A stretch of 64,000 nt of DNA from Candidatus Obscuribacterales bacterium (GTDB lineage Bacteria; Cyanobacteriota; Vampirovibrionia; Obscuribacterales; Obscuribacteraceae). The stretch lies in contig CBDDIJ010000002.1 in assembly GCA_965228855.1 (NCBI GenBank), forward strand, positions 1,600,001-1,664,000, written 5' to 3'. Below, piece after piece: positions 45,286 through 55,129 of the stretch (position 1 is its first letter; the number at the start of each line of letters is the position of its first letter). Both the position numbers and the translations under genes were made by a program. The notes under the pieces are model-generated. The model saw only the letters and a list, made by a program, of their open reading frames with translations, was not told the DNA's origin and made no database searches.

Positions 45286-47934
45286 TTGGCGGCGAGTGAA
45301 ACAAAAGATAAGGCAATGGAAGGACCGAAGTCCGAAAATCTTTCGCCCATGATGCGCCAGTATTGGGACATCAAGGCGCAGTATCCGGAATCTCTTGTAC
45401 TCTTCAGGGTTGGTGACTTTTACGAGCTATTCGACACCGATGCTCAGGTCGCGGCCAGAGAGCTTGATATCACTCTAACCGGTCGCCCGGAAACATCGTA
45501 TCCGAATGGACGCATGCCGATGGCAGGAGTTCCCTATCGAGCGGTCGACGCTTATCTGGCGCGTTTGCTGGCTAAAGGCTACTCCTGTGCAATCTGCGAG
45601 CAAGTCGGCGTACCCGGCGAGCAGAAGGGACCGATGGAGCGAGTGGTTTCGCGCATTTTGACGCCCGGAACAGTGCTCGAATCGCACCTCTTGCCTACCA
45701 GAGAAAACAACTACCTGGCGGCCATCGTTCGCGGCGGCACCTCGTGGGGATTGGCTTGTGTAGATGCTTCTTGCGGAGAGTTCATCGTCACTCAGCTGGA
45801 AGAAAACGACTTGATCCTGGAGCTTGGACGGCTTTCCCCCAAAGAAGTGCTTGTGCCTTTGAAGATGGTCAAGCCTGGTCCCGGCGAGATTGTACCGAAA
45901 GAAGTCGCGGACATGCCGGAAGCGATTATCGGTCAATACCGCACTGTCGGTCGTCCGTCGATGTATTTCCAATTCGAGCCGGCGCAAAGACGCGTACTCG
46001 ATACTTTCCAGGTGACCACCATGGAAGGCTTCGGCTGTCAATCGATGCCGCTTGCGGTAGGCGCGGCAGGGGCTATTCTCGAATATCTGGACAGAACGCA
46101 GGGGGCGATGAAGCCCAAGTTCGAAGGCATCTCGGCTTACAATGTCGCCGGTCACTTGATGCTCGATCCGAACACTCGCAGAAACCTTGAATTGACAGAA
46201 ACCAGTCGCGATAGGGTTTTTGAAGGAAGTCTGCTCTGGACTCTCGATAAAACCTCGACTCCCATGGGCGGACGACTCTTGCGAAAATGGCTTCTGAGCC
46301 CGCTTTTCTCGATTCCGGAAATCGAAGCGCGTCAGGACGCCGTGGAAGAATTGATTGGCGACAGTGCTTTGAGAACATCGTTGAGCACGACTCTTGGTGG
46401 AGTCTCCGATCTGGAGCGGCTGTCGGTTCGTCTTTCGTCCGGTACGCTCTCGCCAAAAGATCTGGCTGCCATACGCAACTCGCTTGCCGAGCTTCCGAAG
46501 TTGGGTGAGTCGCTCGGTCATCGCAAGAGCGAACATTTCTCTCGCTTTGCCAAACTTCCTGCAGCATTGCTGGAGTTGGAAGAAACCATTGAGAAAACCA
46601 TTTGCGACGATCCACCTCGCGAAATTACCGAGGGCGGAATCTTCCGCGCCGGATTCTCCGAAGAACTCGATGAAATCAGGGGTTTGCTTGGTGGTGGCAA
46701 AGACTGGATCGATAATTTCCAGACTGCTGAGCAAGAGCGAACCGGCATCAAAAGTTTAAAGGTAAACTTCAACAGATCGTTCGGTTACTACATCGAAGTT
46801 ACGCGCGCCAACCAGGAGCATGTGCCGGACGACTACATCCGCAAACAGACTCTCACGAACGCCGAACGATACATCACGCCAGAGCTCAAAGAGTACGAGG
46901 TGAAGATCCTCAATGCGGAGAAAAATCAGAGCGACCTCGAGTACAAGATGTTCCTCGAGCTGCGCAAACAGTTGACGCAATATGGTGCCGAACTCACTAA
47001 AGTGGCATCGATGCTTGCTTCTGTGGATGCGCTTTTGTCGCTGGCGAAAGTCGCGCATGAGCGTCGTTATGTGCGACCGGTCGTCGATCAATCTCGAATT
47101 ATCGATATCAAGGAAGGTCGTCATCCCGTTCTCGAAAGTATTCTGCCGATGGGCAAATATGTCGCCAACAATACCAAGTTGTGCGGCGTCAGTGATGACC
47201 ACCAGTTGGTCGTTCTCACCGGACCGAATATGTCCGGTAAGTCGAGCTTCCTGCGCCAGGTTGCATTGATTACGATTCTTGCCCAGATGGGATCTTTTGT
47301 TCCTGCTGAGAGTGCGCGAATCGGAATTGTCGATCGAATCTTTACTCGAATCGGCGCCGTGGACGATCTCACCCAGGGGCAATCGACCTTCCTGGTCGAG
47401 ATGAGTGAAACCACTCAATGCTGTCGCTCGGCGACGGATCGTTCGCTGATCCTTTTAGATGAAGTCGGACGGGGAACGAGCACATATGATGGAGTGGCGA
47501 TTGCCTGGTCTGTTGCTGAGTTTCTCGCGAAGGATGTGCGGGCTAGGACGATTTTTGCGACCCACTATCATGAGTTGAACGGGCTTGCGAACTTCCTTCC
47601 ACAAATCGTGAACTATCAGGTTCTTGTTAAAGAAACCAACGGCAACGTCGAATTCATCAGGTCAGTTGTGCTTGGTGGGGCGAGCCGAAGCTTTGGTGTT
47701 CAGGTTGCGAAGATGGCGGGATTGCCCGGTTCTGTGATAGAACGTGCGCAGTACCTGATCAATCAGATGGAAAAACGTGGGGTTGCCAGCAAGATTCTTG
47801 ATGGACCTAGACTGAGAAATATCCCGATGGATGAAGTGATGCAGTTATCCTTGTTCGAAGCTGCAAAACCGCCGGAAAAACAGGTGAAGTCGTCCGCGAA
47901 AAAGGCGACGCAAGAACCGATAGCCAAGGAGTAA
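45286..47934 (+). CDS. mutS: DNA mismatch repair protein MutS
   Basis: PMMRQY, FRVGDFYELF, GRHPV, TGPNMSGKS, STFLVEM, DEVGRGTS, FATHYHEL, C-terminal QLSLF; alternative start ATG 45316. Confidence 0.99.
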   Translation: MAASETKDKAMEGPKSENLSPMMRQYWDIKAQYPESLVLFRVGDFYELFDTDAQVAARELDITLTGRPETSYPNGRMPMAGVPYRAVDAYLARLLAKGYSCAICEQVGVPGEQKGPMERVVSRILTPGTVLESHLLPTRENNYLAAIVRGGTSWGLACVDASCGEFIVTQLEENDLILELGRLSPKEVLVPLKMVKPGPGEIVPKEVADMPEAIIGQYRTVGRPSMYFQFEPAQRRVLDTFQVTTMEGFGCQSMPLAVGAAGAILEYLDRTQGAMKPKFEGISAYNVAGHLMLDPNTRRNLELTETSRDRVFEGSLLWTLDKTSTPMGGRLLRKWLLSPLFSIPEIEARQDAVEELIGDSALRTSLSTTLGGVSDLERLSVRLSSGTLSPKDLAAIRNSLAELPKLGESLGHRKSEHFSRFAKLPAALLELEETIEKTICDDPPREITEGGIFRAGFSEELDEIRGLLGGGKDWIDNFQTAEQERTGIKSLKVNFNRSFGYYIEVTRANQEHVPDDYIRKQTLTNAERYITPELKEYEVKILNAEKNQSDLEYKMFLELRKQLTQYGAELTKVASMLASVDALLSLAKVAHERRYVRPVVDQSRIIDIKEGRHPVLESILPMGKYVANNTKLCGVSDDHQLVVLTGPNMSGKSSFLRQVALITILAQMGSFVPAESARIGIVDRIFTRIGAVDDLTQGQSTFLVEMSETTQCCRSATDRSLILLDEVGRGTSTYDGVAIAWSVAEFLAKDVRARTIFATHYHELNGLANFLPQIVNYQVLVKETNGNVEFIRSVVLGGASRSFGVQVAKMAGLPGSVIERAQYLINQMEKRGVASKILDGPRLRNIPMDEVMQLSLFEAAKPPEKQVKSSAKKATQEPIAKE

Positions 47935-47938
47935 TTAG

Positions 47939-50620
47939 ATGCGCGAGAAGAAAGGACCAGGCCCCGGACCAATCTTAAGTCGACAGTTTCTACTCGGTGC
48001 TTCGATTCTCTCGCTGACAAGTTTGATGTTGCCACCGTCCGTGATGGCGGCTGATGAACCTATCGAAACAGAAACACCTGCGCGCACCGCGCCGGCTCCC
48101 GCGAAAACTGAAAAAACGAGCAAATCTTCAAAGGTAAAGAAGGAAAAGCCTGCCAAATCCGCAAAAGCATCTGCGGAAACGAAGGCAAAGTCTGAGACAA
48201 TCGAAAGCGAATCGTCCGTCAAGCCCGGCAAAGGGTCTGCGGAAACGAAGGCGAAGTCTGAGACGAACGAAAGCGAAACGTCCGCCAAGCCCGACAAAGC
48301 ATCTGCGGAAACGAAGGCAAAGTCTGAAACAAGCGAAAGCGAAACGCCGACCAAGCTGAAAAAAGGCGATGCCATTCCAGCTCGACTTAAGTCCGGATTG
48401 GATGCGAAGACGTTCAAATTTGTGAATCAGGGGAACTGGAAGGCTGCGGCTGCAAGGCTGGAAACGCTCACCGCGGGCTCTGATCTGCCCACTCGTAATC
48501 ACGCGTGGCTTGCGTTCGCCTATATGTTTCTAAACCAAACAGATAAACTCAACAAACTGTATGACCGAGTGACGGCAAAGACTCCGCCTGCTGGCTTGGT
48601 AGGCTACGTCAGCGTAATCGAGGCATTCAAGCAAGTCCTCGCCGGTAAGACCGACGATGCCGCCAAGACTTTGACAAATCTTCCCAAGCGTCATGTCAAT
48701 GATTCCTTTGTCACCTTCGCACTAGCAGCGGTGGCAGGTAAGCAGGGAAAGGCAAGCGCCGCCGCCGAGCTTTGTCAGCGTGCAGTGGCTCTGGATCCGG
48801 ATTTCGCCTGGGGGTACAGAACACTCGGTTATCTCCAATCACGCTGGCTCAATCAGCCGCAGGAAGCAGAGCAATCATTCCTTGAAGCTCTGCGATTGGA
48901 GCCCGAACAAGGTGAAGTCCGTGAGATGCTCATTAATGAACGGCTTGCTCGCAACGACTTCGATGGTGCAATTGATCTCGCGAATGCCGGCATCAAAGCT
49001 AATGCAAAGGATGGCAAGGCGCATTATCGTCTGGCTCAGATTTTGGTGCAGCAGTGGAGACTTCGAGAGGCGCTTGCCGAGCTCGAGAAAGCGATTGTGG
49101 TCGATCCCAACACGGCAACTTATTATAGAACGCGCGCGACCATCCGGCGCTATCAAGGGAACTACGAGGATGCGATTGCTGACCAGAAGAAGGCGGTCGA
49201 GCTTAGTAACGATAAAGCCTTTGAACTCGTAGAACTCGCCACGATGTATTCGCAGATGAACGATTCGACAAATGCGATCGCTAATCTCAATGCAGCGCTT
49301 AAAATCGATCCGGCTAACAAAAGCGCAAGCAAAAACCTGGTTGCATTGCTTGCCAAAGAAAAACGCTATGACGAACTTGTTGATGCTTACAAAGAAGCGA
49401 TCAAGTCTCAACCCAAAGATGCCGCTCTGCACTTCAGCTTAGCGGAAACTTTGCATGCTTTAGGCGAAGACGATGATGCAATCGAACAGTACAAAGAAGC
49501 TGCCAATCTCGATCAGAAGGATGCTCGTCCGCACCGCCGAATCGGCGCGATTTACTCTGCCCGCCGCGACTTCGAGAAAGCGGAAGAGGCTCACCGGCGT
49601 GCGCTCAATATCAACCCTGGCTCGGTCCAGGATTTAGTCGCCCTGGGATTCTGTTACGCTCAACGTGAGAACTATCTGCAGGCGGAGGCCGGCTTCGTAA
49701 CTGCTCTCGCTCTTCAACAATTGATGGGCAATGCCAGTCCCGACGATCCGAAGCGTGAAGATATTATCCGAAGTCTCGCATCGTTGCTCATTGTAGAGGG
49801 ACGCTATCAGGACGCTCGCAATCAATTCGAAAGTTTGTACGCGATGACGAAGGACAGCGATAAGGGAATCGGTGACAAATATCTGGTGCAGCAATCGAGA
49901 CTCCTGGCTGATCGGAGCAATACCAGCGCCAATGAATTGATCGCCGGATTCAAAACGCTTCCGGAGAAAACTCAGGCAAATTTCCGTTACCAGCTCATTC
50001 AGACTTTGCTCAAAGCCGGTAAGGGTGAGCTTGCGCTGGAACAGCTTAATGATGTACCGCAAGAGCAGACCGAAGGCGATCCTCGATGGTTATCATTGAA
50101 AGCTCGCGCTCTTCGCTTCCAGGGCAAGTTCGACGACGCAAAAACTGTGATCGAACAGGCAATAACAGAAGGCACCAAACTCGGTGAAGGTAAGGAAGTT
50201 CTGGTTGCCGAAGCCCTATTGGAGAAGGCTAGAATTCTGGCCGATGCAGGTGCCCTCAAAGAAGCGGAAGACGCTGCGAATCAGGCTATTTCTAAGTACG
50301 ACAAAGTGTATGCTGCTTATCTGGTGCTCGGTCAGATCAAATTGAAACAGAACGATCCTGGCGACGCGCTCGACTACGCGAAGAAAGCACTTGATGCCAA
50401 TCCCTACTTTACCGATGCGTACATTCTCACTGGCGATGCGTTGCTCAAGCAGAACAAAGGCAAGGAAGCCATCGAGAACTACAAGAAGGCGACTGAAATC
50501 TATCCCGGGCTGATCGCCGCGCACGAAGCGCTCCTTCGCGGGTATAAGGCGTTGTCGCTTTCCGCGGACGCCGCGCGCGTCCAAACTCAGATCGATAATC
50601 TGGCTGCCAAATCGAAATAG
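47939..50620 (+). CDS. Large secreted multi-TPR protein
   Basis: Signal peptide ending VMA, repeat-rich linker, more than 12 TPR-like motifs; starts 4 nt after the mutS stop. Confidence 0.9.
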   Translation: MREKKGPGPGPILSRQFLLGASILSLTSLMLPPSVMAADEPIETETPARTAPAPAKTEKTSKSSKVKKEKPAKSAKASAETKAKSETIESESSVKPGKGSAETKAKSETNESETSAKPDKASAETKAKSETSESETPTKLKKGDAIPARLKSGLDAKTFKFVNQGNWKAAAARLETLTAGSDLPTRNHAWLAFAYMFLNQTDKLNKLYDRVTAKTPPAGLVGYVSVIEAFKQVLAGKTDDAAKTLTNLPKRHVNDSFVTFALAAVAGKQGKASAAAELCQRAVALDPDFAWGYRTLGYLQSRWLNQPQEAEQSFLEALRLEPEQGEVREMLINERLARNDFDGAIDLANAGIKANAKDGKAHYRLAQILVQQWRLREALAELEKAIVVDPNTATYYRTRATIRRYQGNYEDAIADQKKAVELSNDKAFELVELATMYSQMNDSTNAIANLNAALKIDPANKSASKNLVALLAKEKRYDELVDAYKEAIKSQPKDAALHFSLAETLHALGEDDDAIEQYKEAANLDQKDARPHRRIGAIYSARRDFEKAEEAHRRALNINPGSVQDLVALGFCYAQRENYLQAEAGFVTALALQQLMGNASPDDPKREDIIRSLASLLIVEGRYQDARNQFESLYAMTKDSDKGIGDKYLVQQSRLLADRSNTSANELIAGFKTLPEKTQANFRYQLIQTLLKAGKGELALEQLNDVPQEQTEGDPRWLSLKARALRFQGKFDDAKTVIEQAITEGTKLGEGKEVLVAEALLEKARILADAGALKEAEDAANQAISKYDKVYAAYLVLGQIKLKQNDPGDALDYAKKALDANPYFTDAYILTGDALLKQNKGKEAIENYKKATEIYPGLIAAHEALLRGYKALSLSADAARVQTQIDNLAAKSK
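48164..48356 (+). repeat. In-frame 66-bp tandem repeat, about 3 copies (22 aa: SAETKAKSET.ESE.S.KP.K.)
   Basis: TCTGCGGAAACGAAGGC at 48170, 48236 and 48302. Confidence 0.9.
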
Positions 50621-50987
50621 CATTCAATGAAATAGTAATCGATCGAACAAGCATTTAAATCGGACTGCCTCCAAATCTTACTGGCATGTGACTCCGGGCA
50701 GGATTAAAGTGAAGTCTTTCGAGAACATTAAAATGAGATGGCGATGTATAAGTGCTTCGAACTCCTTATGGATGCTTCTACGATTTCTAGATTTTGACCT
50801 GAACTGTAGTTCTGGACAGCCTTTCTAAAGGTTAGACGAGAGACCGGTTTACTGCATCTGCCAATTGCAGAGTTTTCGGTGTCCGCAAACGATGTATCGG
50901 GGTAAGTCTATATCTTCGATCGATTCTGCGATCGGTCCTGCAGATTCTTATGCATCGCAAAAATCCAGAGCAAAAAATCTACTGTCA

Positions 50988-51227
50988 CTAGACAAAATAT
51001 AAGGAGTCCGGAACACATGGGAATGGTCCGTTAGTGAACGAGATGTCTGCGACCGGTCGAGCAGTCGTCCTCCGGTCTTTAGTGATTACGTCCTCCTTGA
51101 CAAGCGGCTTCGCCTTGGCGTATTCTTGGAACGGACGCTTTAGTCCGAACGGAATCCAATTACCAAAAAGAACAAATATTTTGAACACGCTGCTTGCGCT
51201 GTGATTATTTGGCTTACGCAGTTCCAT
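50988..51227 (-). CDS. Possible small hypothetical protein (79 aa from MELRK)
   Basis: 3' part of track ORF 50988..51407 in an otherwise empty 870-bp gap; no clear SD or motif. Confidence 0.25.
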   Translation of the reverse strand: MELRKPNNHSASSVFKIFVLFGNWIPFGLKRPFQEYAKAKPLVKEDVITKDRRTTARPVADISFTNGPFPCVPDSLYFV

Positions 51228-51500
51228 CCCAACGGTTTTGGCTGTCGAGCGATGTGATGTTGTCAGTGCATGGCGAGCGATTGGGTGTCGGTGCATCCGC
51301 GATGTCGGCGCATCTGCGCTGTCAGGTAGTGTGATGCCGGTGCATCCGAGCGGTGCGTCTTGGTCCGCTCTGTTGGACTCGTCGCGTGTTCTTGAATCGG
51401 CTGCCACTACACGCGGTGCGCGTTGCTTCGCGTGCTCCGAATATAGTGCTGGCTTTCAAACTCATGATTCTCTGCGGTTTGCCGTATGGAGTTTTCTATT

Positions 51501-51959
51501 ATGCCCAAATCCTTACCATGCGCTCGTTTCCTTTTGCCTATTCTGATTGCCTTTTTTGCGTTTTCTCCTCCGGTTCAGGCTGTGACATTCGACAAAGCTT
51601 CGTTTACGCAGTACCTTCTGGAGACGTTAGATACCGCGATATTTTGGCTTCAGCTGCTTCCGTCGATTCTAAATTTAGCCCTGGTGATTACGTCGCTTTA
51701 TCTAATGCTTGATGGCATTCGAAGATGGGGTCACAACAAGTCCGGTGCGTTCTCGAGAACACTCATCGGACTTTTTATCTTGCACTCATCATCATGCGCA
51801 GTTCCTTTCCTACCGTACCTTGCGTTGTTCCTGGAGATCTGGCTTTGCGCACGAGGATTGGAGGCACGGACAGCCGCGCGTATTGCCGCTAGCCGGCGAG
51901 GAGAGCCGGGCAACGAAAGAGCGAAAGATGTAAAACCTAAATCGGCCTCAGCTAAGTAG
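51501..51959 (+). CDS. Small hypothetical membrane protein
   Basis: Signal-like N-terminus (PPVQA) plus 2-3 hydrophobic segments; GGAG SD before ATG 51501. Confidence 0.65.
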   Translation: MPKSLPCARFLLPILIAFFAFSPPVQAVTFDKASFTQYLLETLDTAIFWLQLLPSILNLALVITSLYLMLDGIRRWGHNKSGAFSRTLIGLFILHSSSCAVPFLPYLALFLEIWLCARGLEARTAARIAASRRGEPGNERAKDVKPKSASAK

Positions 51960-52320
51960 ACTCCCCTCGAAATTCATCAATAACTTCAATATTACCGACG
52001 ATGTTATCGTTGAAACGCTCGAGGTCTTCAGCAGGGATCCAGTATTCTTCGTGTTTGCTTTGAGCGCCTACGGTTTTAATCTCAAAGTCTTCGATGTATT
52101 CGTTCCGGACTTCAAAACGTGTGACGTAGCCGACGAAGTCAGAGACCGGATCCTTGGTATTCCAATCGCGTGCAATCTGGATTGCATATTCGCGGTTAAG
52201 CACAGGATAGAAAATCGGTTGATGAAAAAGGCGGGGTGGAAAGCGTTTGTAGTCGGACTCTTTGATGAGGTCCAATTCTTTTTGTCCAACAGGACGAAAT
52301 AAGGTTGTTGTATTGGTCAT
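51952..52320 (-). CDS. Conserved small protein of the family often labelled ADP-ribosylation/crystallin J1
   Basis: TLFRPVGQKEL...FPPRL..QPIFYPVLN.EYAIQIARDWN...GYVTRFEV...HEEYWIPAEDL..FN..IVG. Confidence 0.8.
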   Translation of the reverse strand: MTNTTTLFRPVGQKELDLIKESDYKRFPPRLFHQPIFYPVLNREYAIQIARDWNTKDPVSDFVGYVTRFEVRNEYIEDFEIKTVGAQSKHEEYWIPAEDLERFNDNIVGNIEVIDEFRGEST

Positions 52321-52446
52321 GCGAATTGTGGTGTATTTGTTGAGTATTCGAGTCGCGACGCTGTTTCTGTCATGGAGCTAGCAGCTGTTTCTGAAAACGA
52401 AAGAGAGCCGCTGTTAAGCAGAGGAGATCACCAGACAGATCAAATC

Positions 52447-53961
52447 CTAGCTGTATGACGGTGCGTTTTGGGTGTCGTAAATGGCTTGGGCGCACGATTT
52501 CCAGTGGACGGCTTCGTCTTCTCGATAGGTCGATTCGAGAAGGACCGAGTACGCCATGAGCGATTCGGCAACGCTCAGATCTTGCGGACCGAGAGCGCGT
52601 GTTTTTACATCGATTGCTTTTCGATAGAGTTCTTCTGCTTCGTCGTACTTCTTGAGGTGTCGGAGTGACTCTGCTAAGAAGTGCATGACGAGACCGACTT
52701 CGCTATGGTCGGGGCCGAGTACTTTGGTTACTTTTGCAAGCAAGTCGCGATAGAGTTTTTCGGCTTCGGCCGCTTTCTGCTGTTCGATCAAAGAGACGCC
52801 ATAGTCGCAAATTGCGGCCAGAGTCTCCGGATGTTCTTTGCCGAATGCTTTTTCGCGCATCTCTACAATCCGCTTCCAGCAAGGCTCAGCCTTCGCGTGA
52901 CGATTGTATGACTGGTAGAAAAAGGCAAGGTCGCGGACGCGAATTTCGGTTTCTCTATGATTCGGCCCTACAGCCTGCTCGCAGATGGAGAGCGCTTCTA
53001 AGTAAAATGATTCTGCTTGAGGAAGCTTGTTTTGATCGCGATAAAGTTTGCCCAGATATGAAAGGAGCTCCGCACCCTCTGGCGTTTTCTTCGCCTGGGC
53101 GCGTTCTTTGATGGCGAGTGCCCGTTTATAAAAGCGCTCGGCTTCCGCATGTTTTTGAATTCTTGCGTAGCCATTGGCGATGTTTGTGATCATCTCAACG
53201 ACTTCAGGATGGGTTGGACCAAGCTGCAATTCCTTGAGGGACAAAATGCGTTCGTGCATTTTCATCGCTTCGGGTCCATTGCCATTAGCTTCGAGAACAT
53301 TGGCAAGGTTTAGAATCAAGCCTTCGAGATCCGAATGCTCTGCTCCAAGCGCGTTCTCCAGAACGGTGAGTGCTTGACGCAGCATGGTTTCAGCTTCTTC
53401 GAAACGTTCGTCCTGCAAATACAAGTTGCCGAGATTGTGCAAAATGTCGCCGACTTCCGGGTGGTCGTCGCCGAATGCTTTGCTCTTGAGCTCGAGTGAG
53501 CGCTTGTAGAGCGCTTCTGCAGCACCGAACTTTTGCTGCGCGGCATAAAGCAGCGCTAAATTGTTGTAGCTGGTCGCAACTTCCGGATTGTTCGGTCCGA
53601 GAACCTGTTCGTAAATCTCCGTGAGACGCGTGCAGATGGGCTCTGCCTTGTCATAACGCTCCTGGAAGAAATATACAGCCGAAAGGTTATTCAAACTCTG
53701 CACGATGTCTTCGTGCTGGGGATTGAGTTCCTTCTCTCGAACTTCGAGCGCTCTTTTGTAGAGCGGCTCGGCTTCTTCATATCGCGCCTGTTCGAAGTAA
53801 ACTTCTGCGAGCCGATCGAGGCAATTGGCTACGGTGAGCGGATCTTTTGAGCGTTCAGCCTCCCACAATGCCGCCTGGAACATAGTCTCAGCCTGAGCAA
53901 GATCCTCGTTCTGGAATGCCTCGTTGGCTGACTCCATCAACTTGTCAAAGTCTTTGCTCAT
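52447..53961 (-). CDS. Kinesin-light-chain-like TPR protein (42-aa repeats)
   Basis: About 11 repeats of the type GPxHPxVAxxLNNLAxLY..Q..Y.EAE.LYKRAL. Confidence 0.92.
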   Translation of the reverse strand: MSKDFDKLMESANEAFQNEDLAQAETMFQAALWEAERSKDPLTVANCLDRLAEVYFEQARYEEAEPLYKRALEVREKELNPQHEDIVQSLNNLSAVYFFQERYDKAEPICTRLTEIYEQVLGPNNPEVATSYNNLALLYAAQQKFGAAEALYKRSLELKSKAFGDDHPEVGDILHNLGNLYLQDERFEEAETMLRQALTVLENALGAEHSDLEGLILNLANVLEANGNGPEAMKMHERILSLKELQLGPTHPEVVEMITNIANGYARIQKHAEAERFYKRALAIKERAQAKKTPEGAELLSYLGKLYRDQNKLPQAESFYLEALSICEQAVGPNHRETEIRVRDLAFFYQSYNRHAKAEPCWKRIVEMREKAFGKEHPETLAAICDYGVSLIEQQKAAEAEKLYRDLLAKVTKVLGPDHSEVGLVMHFLAESLRHLKKYDEAEELYRKAIDVKTRALGPQDLSVAESLMAYSVLLESTYREDEAVHWKSCAQAIYDTQNAPSYS

Positions 53962-54222
53962 TTTGCCCCTGGGAAATCGCGCGAGTGGTTGTCAGTCACC
54001 TGCAACTACTCTTCTATATTGAGAATTTATATCTTATCTGAGACGAGAAGATAATTGCATCTATGTCGGAACTCAAAAAACGTTACCGACTTGCTTCTGT
54101 GGTTATGCCCTGTACGCAAAGGACATCAGACATCAAGAGTCCAAACTTGCGGAAACATGATCGGACCCATCACAACCCTGTTGTGATTCGTTGGTTGACC
54201 GGCCGGTTGATTGGGGAGGGCT

Positions 54223-54355
54223 GACGTTCGCTGGGTCGCCGGCGCTGACTTTGCGCGGGTCGCCGGCCATGACTTACGCTGGGTCGCCGGCGTTACTTTG
54301 CGCGTAGCGCCGGCCATGACTTACGCTGGTCGCCGGCGTTGACTTTGCGCAGGTC
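54223..54355. repeat. Intergenic 23-24-bp tandem repeat, about 5.5 copies in alternating A/B form
   Basis: Units GACTTACGCTGGGTCGCCGGCGTT and GACTTTGCGCGGGTCGCCGGCCAT, abutting the xth stop. Confidence 0.85.
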
Positions 54356-55129
54356 TTAGACGTTCAGCGTCAGGGTCACCGGGCAGTGGTCGGAGCCCAT
54401 GACATGACTTTCGATACTGGCATGGTCGAGCTGCTTGAGAAGGTCCGGGGTCAGGAAAAAATAGTCGATGCGCCAGCCCACGTTTCGTTTCCGTGCGCCG
54501 GTCATGACATGCCACCAGGTGTAATTTTTCGGCTCGGCGTTGACGACCCGGAATGTATCCGTGTAGCCGTGCGACACGAATTTGTCCATCCATTCACGCT
54601 CAACTGGCAGAAAGCCTGAAATACCAACATTCCGCTTTGGTGAGTCCAGGTCGATTTCCTTGTGCGCAGTATTGAAGTCTCCGCAAATTATCAGCTTCTT
54701 GCCTTGCTTCCGCAGACCCTCGGCGAATTCCAGAAACGCATTGTAGAAGTCGAGCTTGTATTGCAGTCGCTCCGGGCTCATCTTGCCGTTTGGATAGTAG
54801 ATCGTCAGCAAAACGAAATCGCCGTAATCGGCAACCAGAGTGCGTCCTTCCGTGTCGAATTTCGGATTTCCGATACTTTGCGAAACTGCAATCGGTTTCT
54901 CTCTAACAAAAAGAGCGACTCCGCTGTATCCGCGTCTCTCCGCATGGCTCCAATAGCTCGTGTAGCCGGGCGGCGCCGAGAGTTCTTCTACAAGCTGGTC
55001 TGCGGAAATTTTGGTTTCCTGAATGCCGAGAAAATCAGGACGATGGTCGTCGAGCCACTCGTAGAAGCCTTTTCGTGAGATGGCACGGATGCCGTTTACG
55101 TTCCAAGATGCGAAAGTGAATTTGCTCAT
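54356..55129 (-). CDS. xth: Exodeoxyribonuclease III / AP endonuclease
   Basis: SWNVNGIRA, IQETK, GYSGV, YYPNG, CGDFNTAH, GWRIDYF, GSDHCP. Confidence 0.97.
   Translation of the reverse strand: MSKFTFASWNVNGIRAISRKGFYEWLDDHRPDFLGIQETKISADQLVEELSAPPGYTSYWSHAERRGYSGVALFVREKPIAVSQSIGNPKFDTEGRTLVADYGDFVLLTIYYPNGKMSPERLQYKLDFYNAFLEFAEGLRKQGKKLIICGDFNTAHKEIDLDSPKRNVGISGFLPVEREWMDKFVSHGYTDTFRVVNAEPKNYTWWHVMTGARKRNVGWRIDYFFLTPDLLKQLDHASIESHVMGSDHCPVTLTLNV

Noticed and set aside
45475..46734. 419-aa ORF antisense to mutS
   Set aside because: Shadow frame fully inside a conserved gene; no motifs
18200..49285. HIP1 octamer GCGATCGC enrichment
   Set aside because: Only a few scattered copies noticed (about 18207, 31354, 49274); enrichment cannot be claimed without counting
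54126..54317. 63-aa ORF with PATQRK repeats
   Set aside because: Derived from the tandem repeat; its ATG lies inside a unit and unit indels shift frame
54223..54355. Mini CRISPR array
   Set aside because: Contiguous repeats without unique spacers; no cas genes in the window
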